A stretch of DNA of 64,000 nt from contig CAVNZM010000002.1 in assembly GCA_963693365.1 (NCBI GenBank), positions 7,842,454-7,906,453 on the forward strand, written 5' to 3'. The stretch comes from Amoebidium appalachense. Lineage: Eukaryota > Protista > Ichthyosporea. Positions 41,107 to 64,000 of this stretch are shown piece by piece; the first letter of the stretch is position 1, and each line of letters starts with the position of its first letter. Under the pieces are notes generated by a model. It was not told the origin of the DNA and searched no databases. It saw only the letters and a program-made list of their open reading frames with translations. The position numbers were made by a program, and so were the translations under genes.

Positions 41107-41845
41107 CTGACCTAATCACTATAGGCTCGATGCCCGGATTCACTAATTCTATTTCTATTGTCTTATCCGGCCATACCCTACTAAGGGTCCATTGGGCCAC
41201 CTCCTGAAATGGGGTTTTCGGAGTAAAAACCCCTAAATCCCCTATCCTAACATGATTGCCGGCCCGGACACGTACCGTTTGGCACTGATAAGGCTCGATT
41301 ACTACTTCAGCTACCGTTCTAGCACCAGACTGATAACCGTCGAGCCCATCATGGGTTTTAATTTTAACGCCGGACTGCAATTCTAAAACATTCGTACGTT
41401 CAAACAAAGCATTCACATGTCTACGGAAAAATGGGGCTCCCAACAAAACACTTTGAGCTAAATCCTTAACCACATAACAAGCAACATGCATAGCCTGGCC
41501 ACCTATCTCACACGGCAACACACAAACGCCTTCCACAGACATACTACTATTATTAGCACTACCTAAGGCTGTGCTAGAAGCATCTAAAAAAGGAATTTCC
41601 CCCCCGGCCTGATTAAAACGACGAATAAACGAAGCATGCACACAATTAACCTGAGCCCCTCCATCGAGCAAAGCAACCGCCTTCAACTTACCATCAGCTA
41701 ACCATACGTCTATATAATGCCGGCTAAAACCAACTAAATCCTCCTCCAATTCAAGCAACACATCCTCACTCACACCCAATCCCTGCCCACGAAGACTCAC
41801 ACCCTCGATACCTACGTGCAACATACCTACCTGTGGTGCCTGCAC
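41107..41845 (-). CDS. Gypsy aspartic protease region (pol 5' segment, cut by the TIR element)
   Basis: AVALLDGGAQVNCV active-site motif and VLLGAPFF; frame continues at 32885 after removing the insertion. Confidence 0.85.
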
Positions 41846-42303
41846 GGGTGGGGTGGGGTGTGTATGTGATGTGGGTGGTGGTGGAGTGTGTGTGTGTGGT
41901 GTGTGGGTGGGTGGTGTGTGTGTGTTTAGTGTATGTGTGGGTGTGTGTGTGGGTGTAGGTGTGTCTGCAACCGTCGTATGTTGTTGTGGTGGTGTGTTTC
42001 TATGTGTCTGTGCCTTCCCCCCCTTCCCCCTTTACTCGTGTGTGTCCCCCCCCCTCCCGGAAACAATGGCACAGAAACCCCCTCCGGTGTGGTTAGAACA
42101 AACGCCGGGTTGGGACAAGAAACACTGAGACCATCCACTTGTGGCTGGGGAACCTCCCCCAACACAAAACATTCACACCATTCATACCTTTGGTAGAGTC
42201 ACCCCACAAACATTCATGCCATACCACCTCGACGCTGTCTTGAGGACCCACGACGATGCCCGGCTCCCACACGTATCGGGGCGGTGAGGGGGCAAAGGGA
42301 AGC

Positions 42304-43743
42304 TTAACCTGGGGTGGGGGAGGGTGAAGGTTCTCTGCAACCTGGGGGGGACCGATACTGTCCCCCCCCCTCCCTCAGTGACCCCAGCTTCCCCCTCCCC
42401 CGGAACTCAATAGCTCTTGTCACTACGGCAATATGCAGCAGAGTGCCCTTGCCGGCCACAAAAGTAACATGCACCAAAGAAGGGGCCAGGGGGGACTTCA
42501 AAACCTTGGCGCAAAGCGTAACCGGGAGCCCGGTCATGCTGGGGGGGCCCACCGTGTGCACCACGGCCCCCCCTTCCCCCCTGCCCCCCTCGGCCTCTCT
42601 CACCACCATTTCCACCCCTCCCTCTACCCTGCCCACCACCACGAGCAAGATAAGGGGCAAACCTCTCGGTGAACTGCTGCTGTTGTCCTCCACGGCCACC
42701 TCGGCCACGACCGCCGTGTCCACCCCGGTCGCCGCCACGGCCACCCCGGAAGCCGCGAAGCCCCCTCGGCCAGAGAAGACGGCCTGGGAGAGCTCGGCAA
42801 CCTGCTTGACCAACATGGTGAGTGCATCTGGCTGTTCACCCTCTTTTTTCTCTTTTTCCCCCTTCGGTCCACTCTCCTTCTTTTTCTTGTCTACTTCCAT
42901 CACCTCCTTTTTATCCCTCTTATTGAACTTCACCTCGTGCATGGCAAGCAAGTGACGTTTAACATGCAACACCACCTCATCTACATCATCATGCTCCCCA
43001 AACATGCGTGCAGTGTCTGTGTTTACAGAGAGAGCCTTACGAGCAAACTCGAATTTTTCCCTATCACTCACGTCACCAGCTAACTCACAAAGGTCTTCAA
43101 AGACCCGATATTCCCTCTCAAAGAATGCACGAGCTTCTACGGGGGACATATCTAAAGTGGGAAAGGTATACTTCCATTCTCTGAGCTGGGCCCGGAAGGT
43201 ACGGCGCCGGTCGGCCGTCAGGTATCGGCCGACGAGCCGGGCCGTATACTCGAGCTCGTTTTCCGGCCGTGTGAAGGCCTCGAGCTCCCCGTCCACGTCG
43301 TCGGTGCTGTTCTCGTCCTCGTCGTCGGGGATGAACCGTGCGGCCAGACGTTTCTGGCCGAGTGTCCGGGACACCATCTCGTCCCTCCCCTCGTCGTACT
43401 GCTGCTCGTATATACGAGCCGTCACCTGGGGGGCCTGCTCGGCCCGGTACGGGTGCTCCTCCATCAGGGTGCATAAGTCGGCCATTGTTTTGTGGTCGAT
43501 GCACTGTTTGATCATTAAGCACGAGGCCGCCACAGTGGGGGCCTTCTTTGTGTCTAACACTAGTGTGGGTGTGTTAGCTAGGAGTGTCCTAAGCCACCTA
43601 GGGATTTCCGAGTCGTGTTTGAGTGTAAAACTGAAAGCTGTGGTCTGTCTAACGTCTAGTGTATGAACCTGTGGTACCTGTGTGTGCAGGGAGCTATCCT
43701 CCGCTGCCAATGCGTAGAACATGTCTACGTTAAACTTAGCCAT
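42304..43743 (-). CDS. Gypsy gag (frameshifted before the zinc knuckle)
   Basis: ATG 43743 just after the 5' LTR; a CCHC knuckle CYFCGRQGHSAAYC is encoded at 42469-42428 in a different frame from the listed ORF. Confidence 0.8.
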   Translation of the reverse strand: MAKFNVDMFYALAAEDSSLHTQVPQVHTLDVRQTTAFSFTLKHDSEIPRWLRTLLANTPTLVLDTKKAPTVAASCLMIKQCIDHKTMADLCTLMEEHPYRAEQAPQVTARIYEQQYDEGRDEMVSRTLGQKRLAARFIPDDEDENSTDDVDGELEAFTRPENELEYTARLVGRYLTADRRRTFRAQLREWKYTFPTLDMSPVEARAFFEREYRVFEDLCELAGDVSDREKFEFARKALSVNTDTARMFGEHDDVDEVVLHVKRHLLAMHEVKFNKRDKKEVMEVDKKKKESGPKGEKEKKEGEQPDALTMLVKQVAELSQAVFSGRGGFAASGVAVAATGVDTAVVAEVAVEDNSSSSPRGLPLILLVVVGRVEGGVEMVVREAEGGRGEGGAVVHTVGPPSMTGLPVTLCAKVLKSPLAPSLVHVTFVAGKGTLLHIAVVTRAIEFRGRGKLGSLREGGGQYRSPPGCREPSPSPTPG

Positions 43744-43781
43744 TGTGTGGTGTGTGCCCTAACTCGTGTGGTTGTGTTTAT

Positions 43782-43816
<35 letters not shown>

Positions 43817-43905
43817 CTGTGTGTTTGAGGTGTAGCAACAGCCCAGAAGGAACTGTCACCGCGTTACCCTAGCGCGAAAAACCGCACTAAAAGAAAGGTG
43901 TAGCT

Positions 43906-44607
43906 TGTCGTATCCTAATATATGTGTACTAGAGACGCGGCACTCTACTAAGTGTACACACACGAAAAGGAACGAACGTGTATAGAAAAACGGTAAAGTT
44001 TATTAAGACCAGGCTCCGACGGGCAAACTTAGATCCGTACGGATTAAGTCTAAGTTACGACTGAGGCCATCAAGGCCGTGCCCTACAAGATCATCATCAC
44101 CTGGCCCCCTACGATGCCACATTCCATTAACATTCCGATCTACTTTTATCGTGCGCCTGCACGAGCTAAGTCGATCTACTCAACTAATATATTTATCCAA
44201 GTCTCACCCCTCACCCTCCCCCTAGTGGCACCGCAGAGTCTAAATCTACATTTCATACTATCCTCCCCCCCCTCCCTCCCCCCCTTTCCTCTACATCTAC
44301 ATATATAAATACGTTTGGCAACATATACTGTCAAACCTTGCCAATCCTTACAAAAGGGCTTCTGCCCGAACAATCACATTCCTAAGTCCTCCTACGATCT
44401 ATCCTACACACTAATTAGAATTCTATTGGACGGCTGTCCCGGCTGACGTGGTCCAATGCCCTGCGCCGGCAGAGGCAAGATGCACGCAGCTGTTCAGCTA
44501 TCTTGAGGCCCCGGACTTGATCTTGATGATCTGTGGACCCGGGCCACCCCCCCCCGATCTCGATCGTAGACTTAGGCTAATCTGCTGAGACGGATTAGTA
44601 TATGTCA
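43906..44607 (-). repeat. 5' LTR of the Gypsy element (702 bp)
   Basis: Direct repeat of 24399-25148, followed by TSD TGTAT. Confidence 0.95.
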
Positions 44608-44653
44608 TGTATCACAGTGTGCACATGTGTGTGTGTGTGACACTGTGTGTGTG

Positions 44654-44742
<89 letters not shown>

Positions 44743-44825
44743 ACGGTTCCTGTCGCGAGAAACTAGGAGGTACGTGTGCGGGGAAAGTCTTTGGGCGTTT
44801 GGGACAGGAAGAGAGGGGGTGGGGT

Positions 44826-44878
<53 letters not shown>

Positions 44879-44889
44879 TTAGTACACAC

Positions 44890-44976
44890 CTGTGCACCCA
44901 GGGCGACAGTAAACAGGAGCAGAACGACCTGCCAGGTCCTCATTCCACCACCAGAACCAACCTTGCGGGAACCCAT
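44890..44976 (-). CDS. Possible first exon encoding a signal peptide; rest of gene unresolved
   Basis: MGSRKVGSGGGMRTWQVVLLLFTVALGAQ then CAG|GTGTGT donor and a poly-C/(CA)n intron-like tract running into the Gypsy LTR. Confidence 0.35.
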
Positions 44977-46247
44977 ATTGTGTGGGCAAATGACTCAACA
45001 ACGCCGTTACGTGGCTACGCGAAGTACTTTTGAAAAGAAGTGTGCTTGGTTTGTTTCAGTACGTTTACTGAGTGCCCCCGTTACGTTTTACCGGGTGGTA
45101 ACGTGCCATAGCTGCCCAAAACGCATTGCCGCGCTCGCTGCAAACAGCGCAACGATCTAGACAATTGGTACCGAGATGGGCGCAAATTGTCCAATCGCAT
45201 TTAAAGACCCCCAAGGTAGTCAAACTTTGTACCCCAAAAGTTCAAATTACAGTATTTGACCCCGGTATCCGTTCTCCGTTCCTTAACGGGGCTATAAACA
45301 CCCACTTATTTGCTCTTCAAAATCCGTATCAGCGATTGGGCAAAAGCGTTTTTATCGTTTACCCTCCTCCCATTAGCCAATCAAATCGCATATATTCGCA
45401 GCTACCCCGGCCTCCCCTACTACCTCCCCTCACCTCCCCGGCCCCCCTCCACGTCCGGATCTTTCGAACCCTACTCCTATTTGATCTCGTGGATGGAGTA
45501 GAAAGGAGCCTACCGGCCACAATTACTTAGTAGAAACGTTACCTTTCATAATGAGGAGCGGCACCATATATTTTCTTTTGGGTGTTTATGTCTATTTTGT
45601 TGATGTTTACTATGAGCGATAATGAAGGGGTAGCGAGGTTTGCAACGTTACCCATCTGGCCCGCAATGTTGGCCAATTAGTGATTTTGGGCGGCGGCGGC
45701 ATCCGATCCAATTGAACTGCCAAGTCAGACGCACTCAGAGGCTGGGCAAAAATCAGCCGGCGGAAGATGATGAGGCTGTCGCAGAGCAATATTATCCTAC
45801 AAAACACTGTGTTTTCTTGCTGAGCTTTGATAAAGTAGTGTATTTACTGTCTACATGGAAAATGTCAGCTCCATACGATGATTAAAAGAGTACAAAACCC
45901 TTGTTCTTTGTCTACAGAAGATGGGTAACATTGAATGTCACCCATACTAATTGAGCGATTTCCCATAAATCCCGGGATACGATAAGGGTAACTTTAAACG
46001 TCACCCTGAAGCACTGGGGCTGAAGGCACAGAACAGTTTTCAGAGCTTGCGGAAAACTGAATTGACGGTGGGCGTGTATGTAAGGCGTGCGCGTTTTGTA
46101 CAGAACCGTGTGTGGGACCCGGGTGGGGTGGACGTGTGCGCTTGTGGTGTGTGTATGTGTGTATACGCAGTGAAACTGTGCCCTTGCGTGCTCAGGTGGC
46201 CTTGTGTGTGCGTGTGTATGCCCGTTCGAATTCGTGCCCTTGTGACC

Positions 46248-46349
<102 letters not shown>

Positions 46350-46839
46350 GTGCGTGTGCGTGTGTTTGCGTGTGCGTGCATGTGCGTGCGTGTTTGTGTG
46401 TGCGTGTGTGTGTGCGAGCCCGTGCGTGTGCGTGCGTGCGTGCGTGTGTGTGCGTGCGTGCGTGACTTCGTAGATGGTCGAGTGTGGAGTTTCGAATGGG
46501 AACCCCACTGTTTGTGCATCTACAAGCAAGCTTCGGTAATACTTGTTTGCCTCGAAAGTCTCCCCGCACACATAACAACAACACACAAAAGTGTGTTTGT
46601 TTGTGGGCCGGCAGACCTCAAAAAAATGAGTAACACACAAACACAGAGTTTTCTTTTTAAGTCTCTGGCCTGTCTTTTGTAAGGATTTAAACAGCCTTCT
46701 CACCGAATTTGAGGGGCGTAACTGGTGCCCCCATTCTTGGTATACACGAAGGTGACCTTAACTCAACTCCTCTAAGCAAAACAACATACACCGAATGTAT
46801 GGTATGCGTGAGCGAATGGCTGCCTGGGTTGTGGACCCG

Positions 46840-46871
<32 letters not shown>

Positions 46872-47654
46872 AGCTACACGGTGTCAGCATTCGTGAATAG
46901 TGCTATCAAATCTTGAGATAAAGGGGTTTAATAAAGGGTGAGGGAGGCGGTATTGTGTCCAGGCCGGAAGCTGGGTCGATTTTCGTTTAACTTTATTTAG
47001 GCTCGGTGTGGTTTTTGGAGTCGGTGGAAGAGCATGAGTGGTTAAGTGCTGGTCGAGGTGGAGCAATACACCTGCGCAGGTGCTGCAATGTATTCGCCGT
47101 GCCACTTACACGTTGGCAATGTGTCGAAAAAAAGAGCCGTGCAGGTCAGTGAAGGCGGTGATGCCGTCAGAACCCCTTCCTTTAGAGATGAGATGCACGC
47201 ACTGCGCATATTAACTGTGCAGCACTGCTGATTTTATGTGGTGTGCGCATCCAACATCTCTGTCTGCCCTGTCACGAACAGCCCTTTCGCTAGTCCGCAT
47301 GATATTTACGCATAATATCATTTGGCGCCGAAACTGATGCGTACCTAGCCAATCAGCACGTTCATCGTTTTTCGTGAGTTTGGAAAGTTTGGAGCCCCGG
47401 ACTCTCCGGAGTCGGACAGACTGAGGAGTCACAGGACTCAAACCTTCCAGCCCTTATAATTAGCATCATTACCCCATAATTAGTGTATCAGGAAACCTTA
47501 CCACTCATTGGCTTGGGTATAACTGGGTGTACATGCCACTCCACGCTGAGTAGTCTGAAGAATCAGTAACATTCAAGTCGTGAAAAGTGCTTGGTTAGCA
47601 AGTATACGTAGAGCTGTGAGCCACTGTGTGCAAGTGCAGGCAGTAGTCGCCGCC

Positions 47655-59619
<11,965 letters not shown>

Positions 59620-60360
59620 GATATATTCAGAGAGGCCTAAGCCCCTTTTCGTAGCTATGTAGATGCACTTCCGGCAGAGACCCCACACTTGGAGGGGTTC
59701 TCTGTGATAGATTTTGTCCTAATTTCGGCTAAGTTTGATTTGGTAGTTTTAGCCTTGTCTTTTTTATCTATACTTCCACCCATGTGAGTAATGGGTGTAG
59801 AAATATCCTGTAAATCCGGTGTATATATAGCTTGGGCTGTGGCGCCCCTCGTCTAGTGTGTGGCTGGGCTGGAAAACGCAGTACCCCATCCCTCGCACAT
59901 CCCCCCCTCCCCGTCCCCCCCTCCTCTTATTCCCTTCACCCCTCTCCCCACCTGCCTCCCGCACCTCCCCTCCCCTTCTCCCCCTCCCCCCCCCTCTCCC
60001 CCCCCCCCCCCCCCCCCAAAAAAAAAAAATGAAATAAATAAATAAATAAAATAAAAATAAAAAATACTAATGAAACGCTTATACTGAAGAAAGTCAAAAC
60101 TTTGAACTTAGCAGCACAGAGGCATAGAGCAGAAAGCCCACCGTTGGAATGCATCAGCAAATTACTTCTAAGCTCACTACCCAAACCTAGATTTGGGCGA
60201 CACACTGAGGTCCAATGTTCTTACCCCTCGGGAGGGGGGGGGGGGGGGGGTCGGTGTGTTTATAAATTTTGGTTACACAGCCCTGATATCACTGATCAGT
60301 GATTTGGTGTACCTCTCTTGCGATCAAAAAAAAAGGGGGGGGAGGGGGACTAAAAAAAAG

Positions 60361-60407
<47 letters not shown>

Positions 60408-60421
60408 ACGTGTGTGTGTTG

Positions 60422-60478
<57 letters not shown>

Positions 60479-60492
60479 ACGTGTGTGTGTTG

Positions 60493-60570
<78 letters not shown>

Positions 60571-60924
60571 ATAGGGGTGGGGGTGGAGGTTGTGGGGTGA
60601 GAGGGGGAGGGGGGAGGTGAGGGAGGGGCAGAGAGGATGGGGGGTTTGGGGGGCTGTGGGGGGGGGGGGGGGGGGGAGGGGGGGGGCACAGGACAATCTT
60701 ATGACCAAACAAATTTTGAACTGGGAAAATTCTGTATTGTTCCAATGACCGTGTTTACGTTGTTTGCTTGGCTTCCGCCCAGGCCAACTTGAAGATGTGG
60801 GTGCTAGTGCATAGGATGGGTAGTCACTGGAATCCTAAACTGAGTTTTAGCTCGAATTCATGTCCATTTTTTCGCACGTTTTTCAACAGGGCAATTGACA
60901 GCCTCCCTAAACCCTCTGTTGAAA

Positions 60925-60957
<33 letters not shown>

Positions 60958-62225
60958 CTCATTATTGCCATTAGGAAATGTTGGAGAGTGATGGGCCGGA
61001 GCCTCTGAGGAACGCATTTATGGTTTTAACCTGGAGGAGAACTTTCGCAGAACATCATCAATCGTTTAGTGCTGGGCTTGAATTATGGATCGGTAATAGC
61101 AAGAACCGTGTTTTGACCCCAAATTTGGGCATCCTTATGGCATCAAAACACAGTTGTTGCAGGACCTAACACCTCATATTCAGAACCCAGAATTTCACTC
61201 TGCTATAACTGTGGGGTTGCATGAGGGGTTTACACACTTTTATTTGCTTGGTAGAGGGCCCAGCGTCGCCTTGTCTGACCTGCTGTGTTTTCCAGCTCAT
61301 TCCTACTGGCTAAGCGGGCTACAAAGAAAATGTACGACCCCACGGTGATGCGTGACTACTAATATAGAGAGAAAACGTACATCTGTGTACTACGTAGTGA
61401 GGCTCATGCATGATCAGCTTCAGGACTAATGGTTGAAACTCCTGCTAAAGAAAACAAGTATAGAAGCGACAGAAAATGTATGTGTGACGGGACATAAGTG
61501 GTGAGTGCAGCAATAACATAGTGCGTTTATAATCCCCGGTTTATCATTTATCTATCGTGGAAGGGACAAGGAATCAGTCAAGGATCCTTCTTATTCCATT
61601 GCTGGATGTGATTGGCTAGGATGAGCCAATGTAGAGGAACAAAAACGAACCAAATGAAGCGAGAATGCGTAATGAAGGTCTGGGGGGACCGTCTGGTGAA
61701 AATATGACCGGATTGGAAACATGGTCCTGTAACAGAAGGAAGGGGGGAAGGAGGGGCTGGGGGGAGGGGGGGAGGGCTGGGGGGGCCGGGGGGGAAGCGG
61801 GGTGGGGGTGGGGGGGGGGAGGAGGGGCAGGACAGGGGGTTTGGGGGGTGGGTGGTTTGAGGGGAGGGGGGTAAATGGAAGGTGGGGGGGAGGGGGGAGC
61901 GCGGGACAAGTGGGTAGGTGGGTGGGTTGATGGGGGGGGGGGGGGGGGGGGGGGGGGAGGACTCAGGGACAGGACATGGGGGGAGGGGAGATGGGGAGGG
62001 GGGGGGGGGGGTTGGGGGGTGGGGGGAGGAGGGGGAGGGGTGATCAGCTATGATCGGATCTACGGTCCCCAAGGGTAAATTTACACTGTAACCACAAATT
62101 TAAGTCTCCGTTCATTTGCTCTACCAGGTTGTTAAGTCCAAGTGTGCCCATTCAGCACATAATACTCCGGGTAGACCGGCTTTGCCCCCCCACCCCACCC
62201 ATCCCCCCCCCCCTTCCGGCCTCCT

Positions 62226-62263
<38 letters not shown>

Positions 62264-62505
62264 CCCCGCTCCTGCCCTTCCGCCTCCACCCTTCTTCTTA
62301 TTTGGTGTTTCGGTTCCTACAAATGATTCAACACTTTTTACTTGTTGTTTCTGTGATTGTGTATCGTACCGTAGGCTGCGCACACCTGCAAGTGTTTGTC
62401 AGTTTAGTGTCTGCGTGTACCCACGTGTATGTGTATGTGCATATGTGTGCATGTATAATTCTCTGTTTTTGTATTGTGTTAAAGGCAATGTCGTTGTTCT
62501 TTTTT

Positions 62506-62536
<31 letters not shown>

Positions 62537-63006
62537 GGGGGGGAGGGGGGGGGAGGGGGGGGGGGGGGGGGAGGGGGGGGGGGGGAGGGGGGGGGGGGTC
62601 TTTGGGTGGAAGGGGGGAGTACCGAACCTTTTCACTACATTATGAATTGCCAACGGTATTTTGAGAGATTAAGCAAAGGCATTTCAGGGAAAATGATAAA
62701 CCTTCTTGTGCATAAGGTGAATACCAGGAGATGGTGGGAAACATAAAGATGGAAGATCACGACGTGGGGAAGTAAGGCATGTTTTGGGTGGTGAAGAAGA
62801 GGGGGTGAAGGGGGGGGGGGGGGGGAGGGGGGAGGGGGGGGGGGGAGGGAGGAGAAAAAAGAAGGAGCAGGGTGTAAAGGGCGGGCGGGGGAGGAAGAGG
62901 GAGGAGTGAGGGAAGAGAGAGGGAAGGGAGGGAGGGAAGAGGGTATCTGTGTGTATGTGTGTGTGTGTTTTTTTTCTTCTTTTTTTTTCTTTTTTTCTTT
63001 TCTTTT

Positions 63007-63065
<59 letters not shown>

Positions 63066-64000
63066 TTCCATCTGGCAGCATTACAGCCACTGGACACGTA
63101 AATTTTCTCTAAATTTTTCACTGAAGACAGAAAATGTTGGATTTAATTTGAAATCTCAGGCCAAAATTCAGTTACTGCCTCCCCATGGCTTCCCAACGGA
63201 ATAATCGGCTTAAAAGTTAGTTTCTGTGTTTTGATTGGTTCTGTCTACCAGTCTCTAGACCTTCAAAAAAACAAAAAAAAAGACATGTTCAGAAGGGGAA
63301 AACCTACGTGTCCAGACTGTTTCTACAAAATTACAAAAAGCTGGCATACAACCGTTAAATCTGGATAACCAGAAAATACGAAATAACAAGAAGAAAATAA
63401 CAAGAAAAGATGGGATATTAACCAGAAAACATGGGAGCACATAGCAACTATAGCCGTTATTTGCATATCTACTCTCTACAAAACAAACCCGCGATTGTAA
63501 GTCGTACATAATGCTGGTTAATATAATTTTAACCCCCGCAGGGTTTTTAGAGTTTAAAGTTATAATAAAGCTCATTTTAGGCCATTTATTGGCTAGGAGC
63601 CCTCGCCTATCATATGCGTCATGATCAGAATGTGCAAACCAAAAAGTACAATGAAGTGCTTAGCAACAAAGGAAAATAGCCATTCACATGCAATACCAGA
63701 AACGGCAAAACCAACAAATTTTAACAAAACTAGATTAAATATCAAGTTTTTAATAAAGACACCCTAGCGGGAAGGGGGCTGGGGGGGAGGGGGGTGTTCA
63801 GCGGATTTTTCGCACCGGGTAGTTTTTTCCACCGGTTGATTTTCGGTAGTGTTTCAAGGATCGTTTTTATGTGGGGTTTCCTTGTTTTTGCACTCCTCTT
63901 TTTACTATAGGATGTGGACATTAATTGGTGTATTGCCGGAGTAACTTATTCTGATATATAGGGCTTCTAGTTCATGTACAGTGTTTAGCAGGTTTTTCGC

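Larger units (their letters stand above)
24399..44607 (-). mobile_element. Ty3/Gypsy chromodomain LTR retrotransposon with two nested insertions (20.2 kb total)
   Basis: LTRs 43906-44607 (5') and 24399-25148 (3'), TG...CA; 5-bp TSD TGTAT at 24394-24398 and 44608-44612; G-rich PPT next to 25149; domain order gag-PR-RT-RH-IN-chromo. Confidence 0.97.

Noticed and set aside
46465-47210. Possible minus-strand gene diverging from the RBBP5 promoter
   Set aside because: Fragments have plausible donors but include a stop and show no family resemblance.
63083-63320. Inverted pair CTGGACACGTA / TACGTGTCCAG as a MITE
   Set aside because: Short core, divergent tips and no clear TSD.

Overview
Eukaryotic genomic DNA (GT-AG introns, extreme poly-G/poly-C, (CA)n and (CT)n microsatellite load; the taxon cannot be fixed from the sequence). 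Most ORFs in the supplied track are microsatellite artefacts. Host genes supported: three paralogues of a rolling stone / FAR-17a-AIG1-like membrane protein (exon 1 at 157-540 on -, 2151-4438 on +, 14853-17237 on +), an intronless formate/nitrite transporter (20790-21767, -) and a 12-exon RBBP5/Swd1 gene (47655-59619, +). About 45% of the window is two nests of mobile elements whose ends, TSDs and priming signals can be read directly. Nest 1 (7315-13883) is a miniature LTR retroelement whose ~140-bp LTRs each contain a tRNA-like A-box/B-box module. Its tRNA-Ala PBS is split by a 6-kb CCCAGG-ended DNA transposon carrying a spliced gene for a predicted BEN-domain protein. Nest 2 (24399-44607) is a chromodomain Ty3/Gypsy element holding a young but coding-dead 3.6-kb LTR element and an 8.2-kb TIR element loaded with a ~183-bp satellite array. 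A PIF/Tourist element (23192-24192) and a TA-flanked MITE (57096-57293) are also present. The most novel-looking items are the tRNA-in-LTR miniature retroelement and the BEN-gene transposon inside it.
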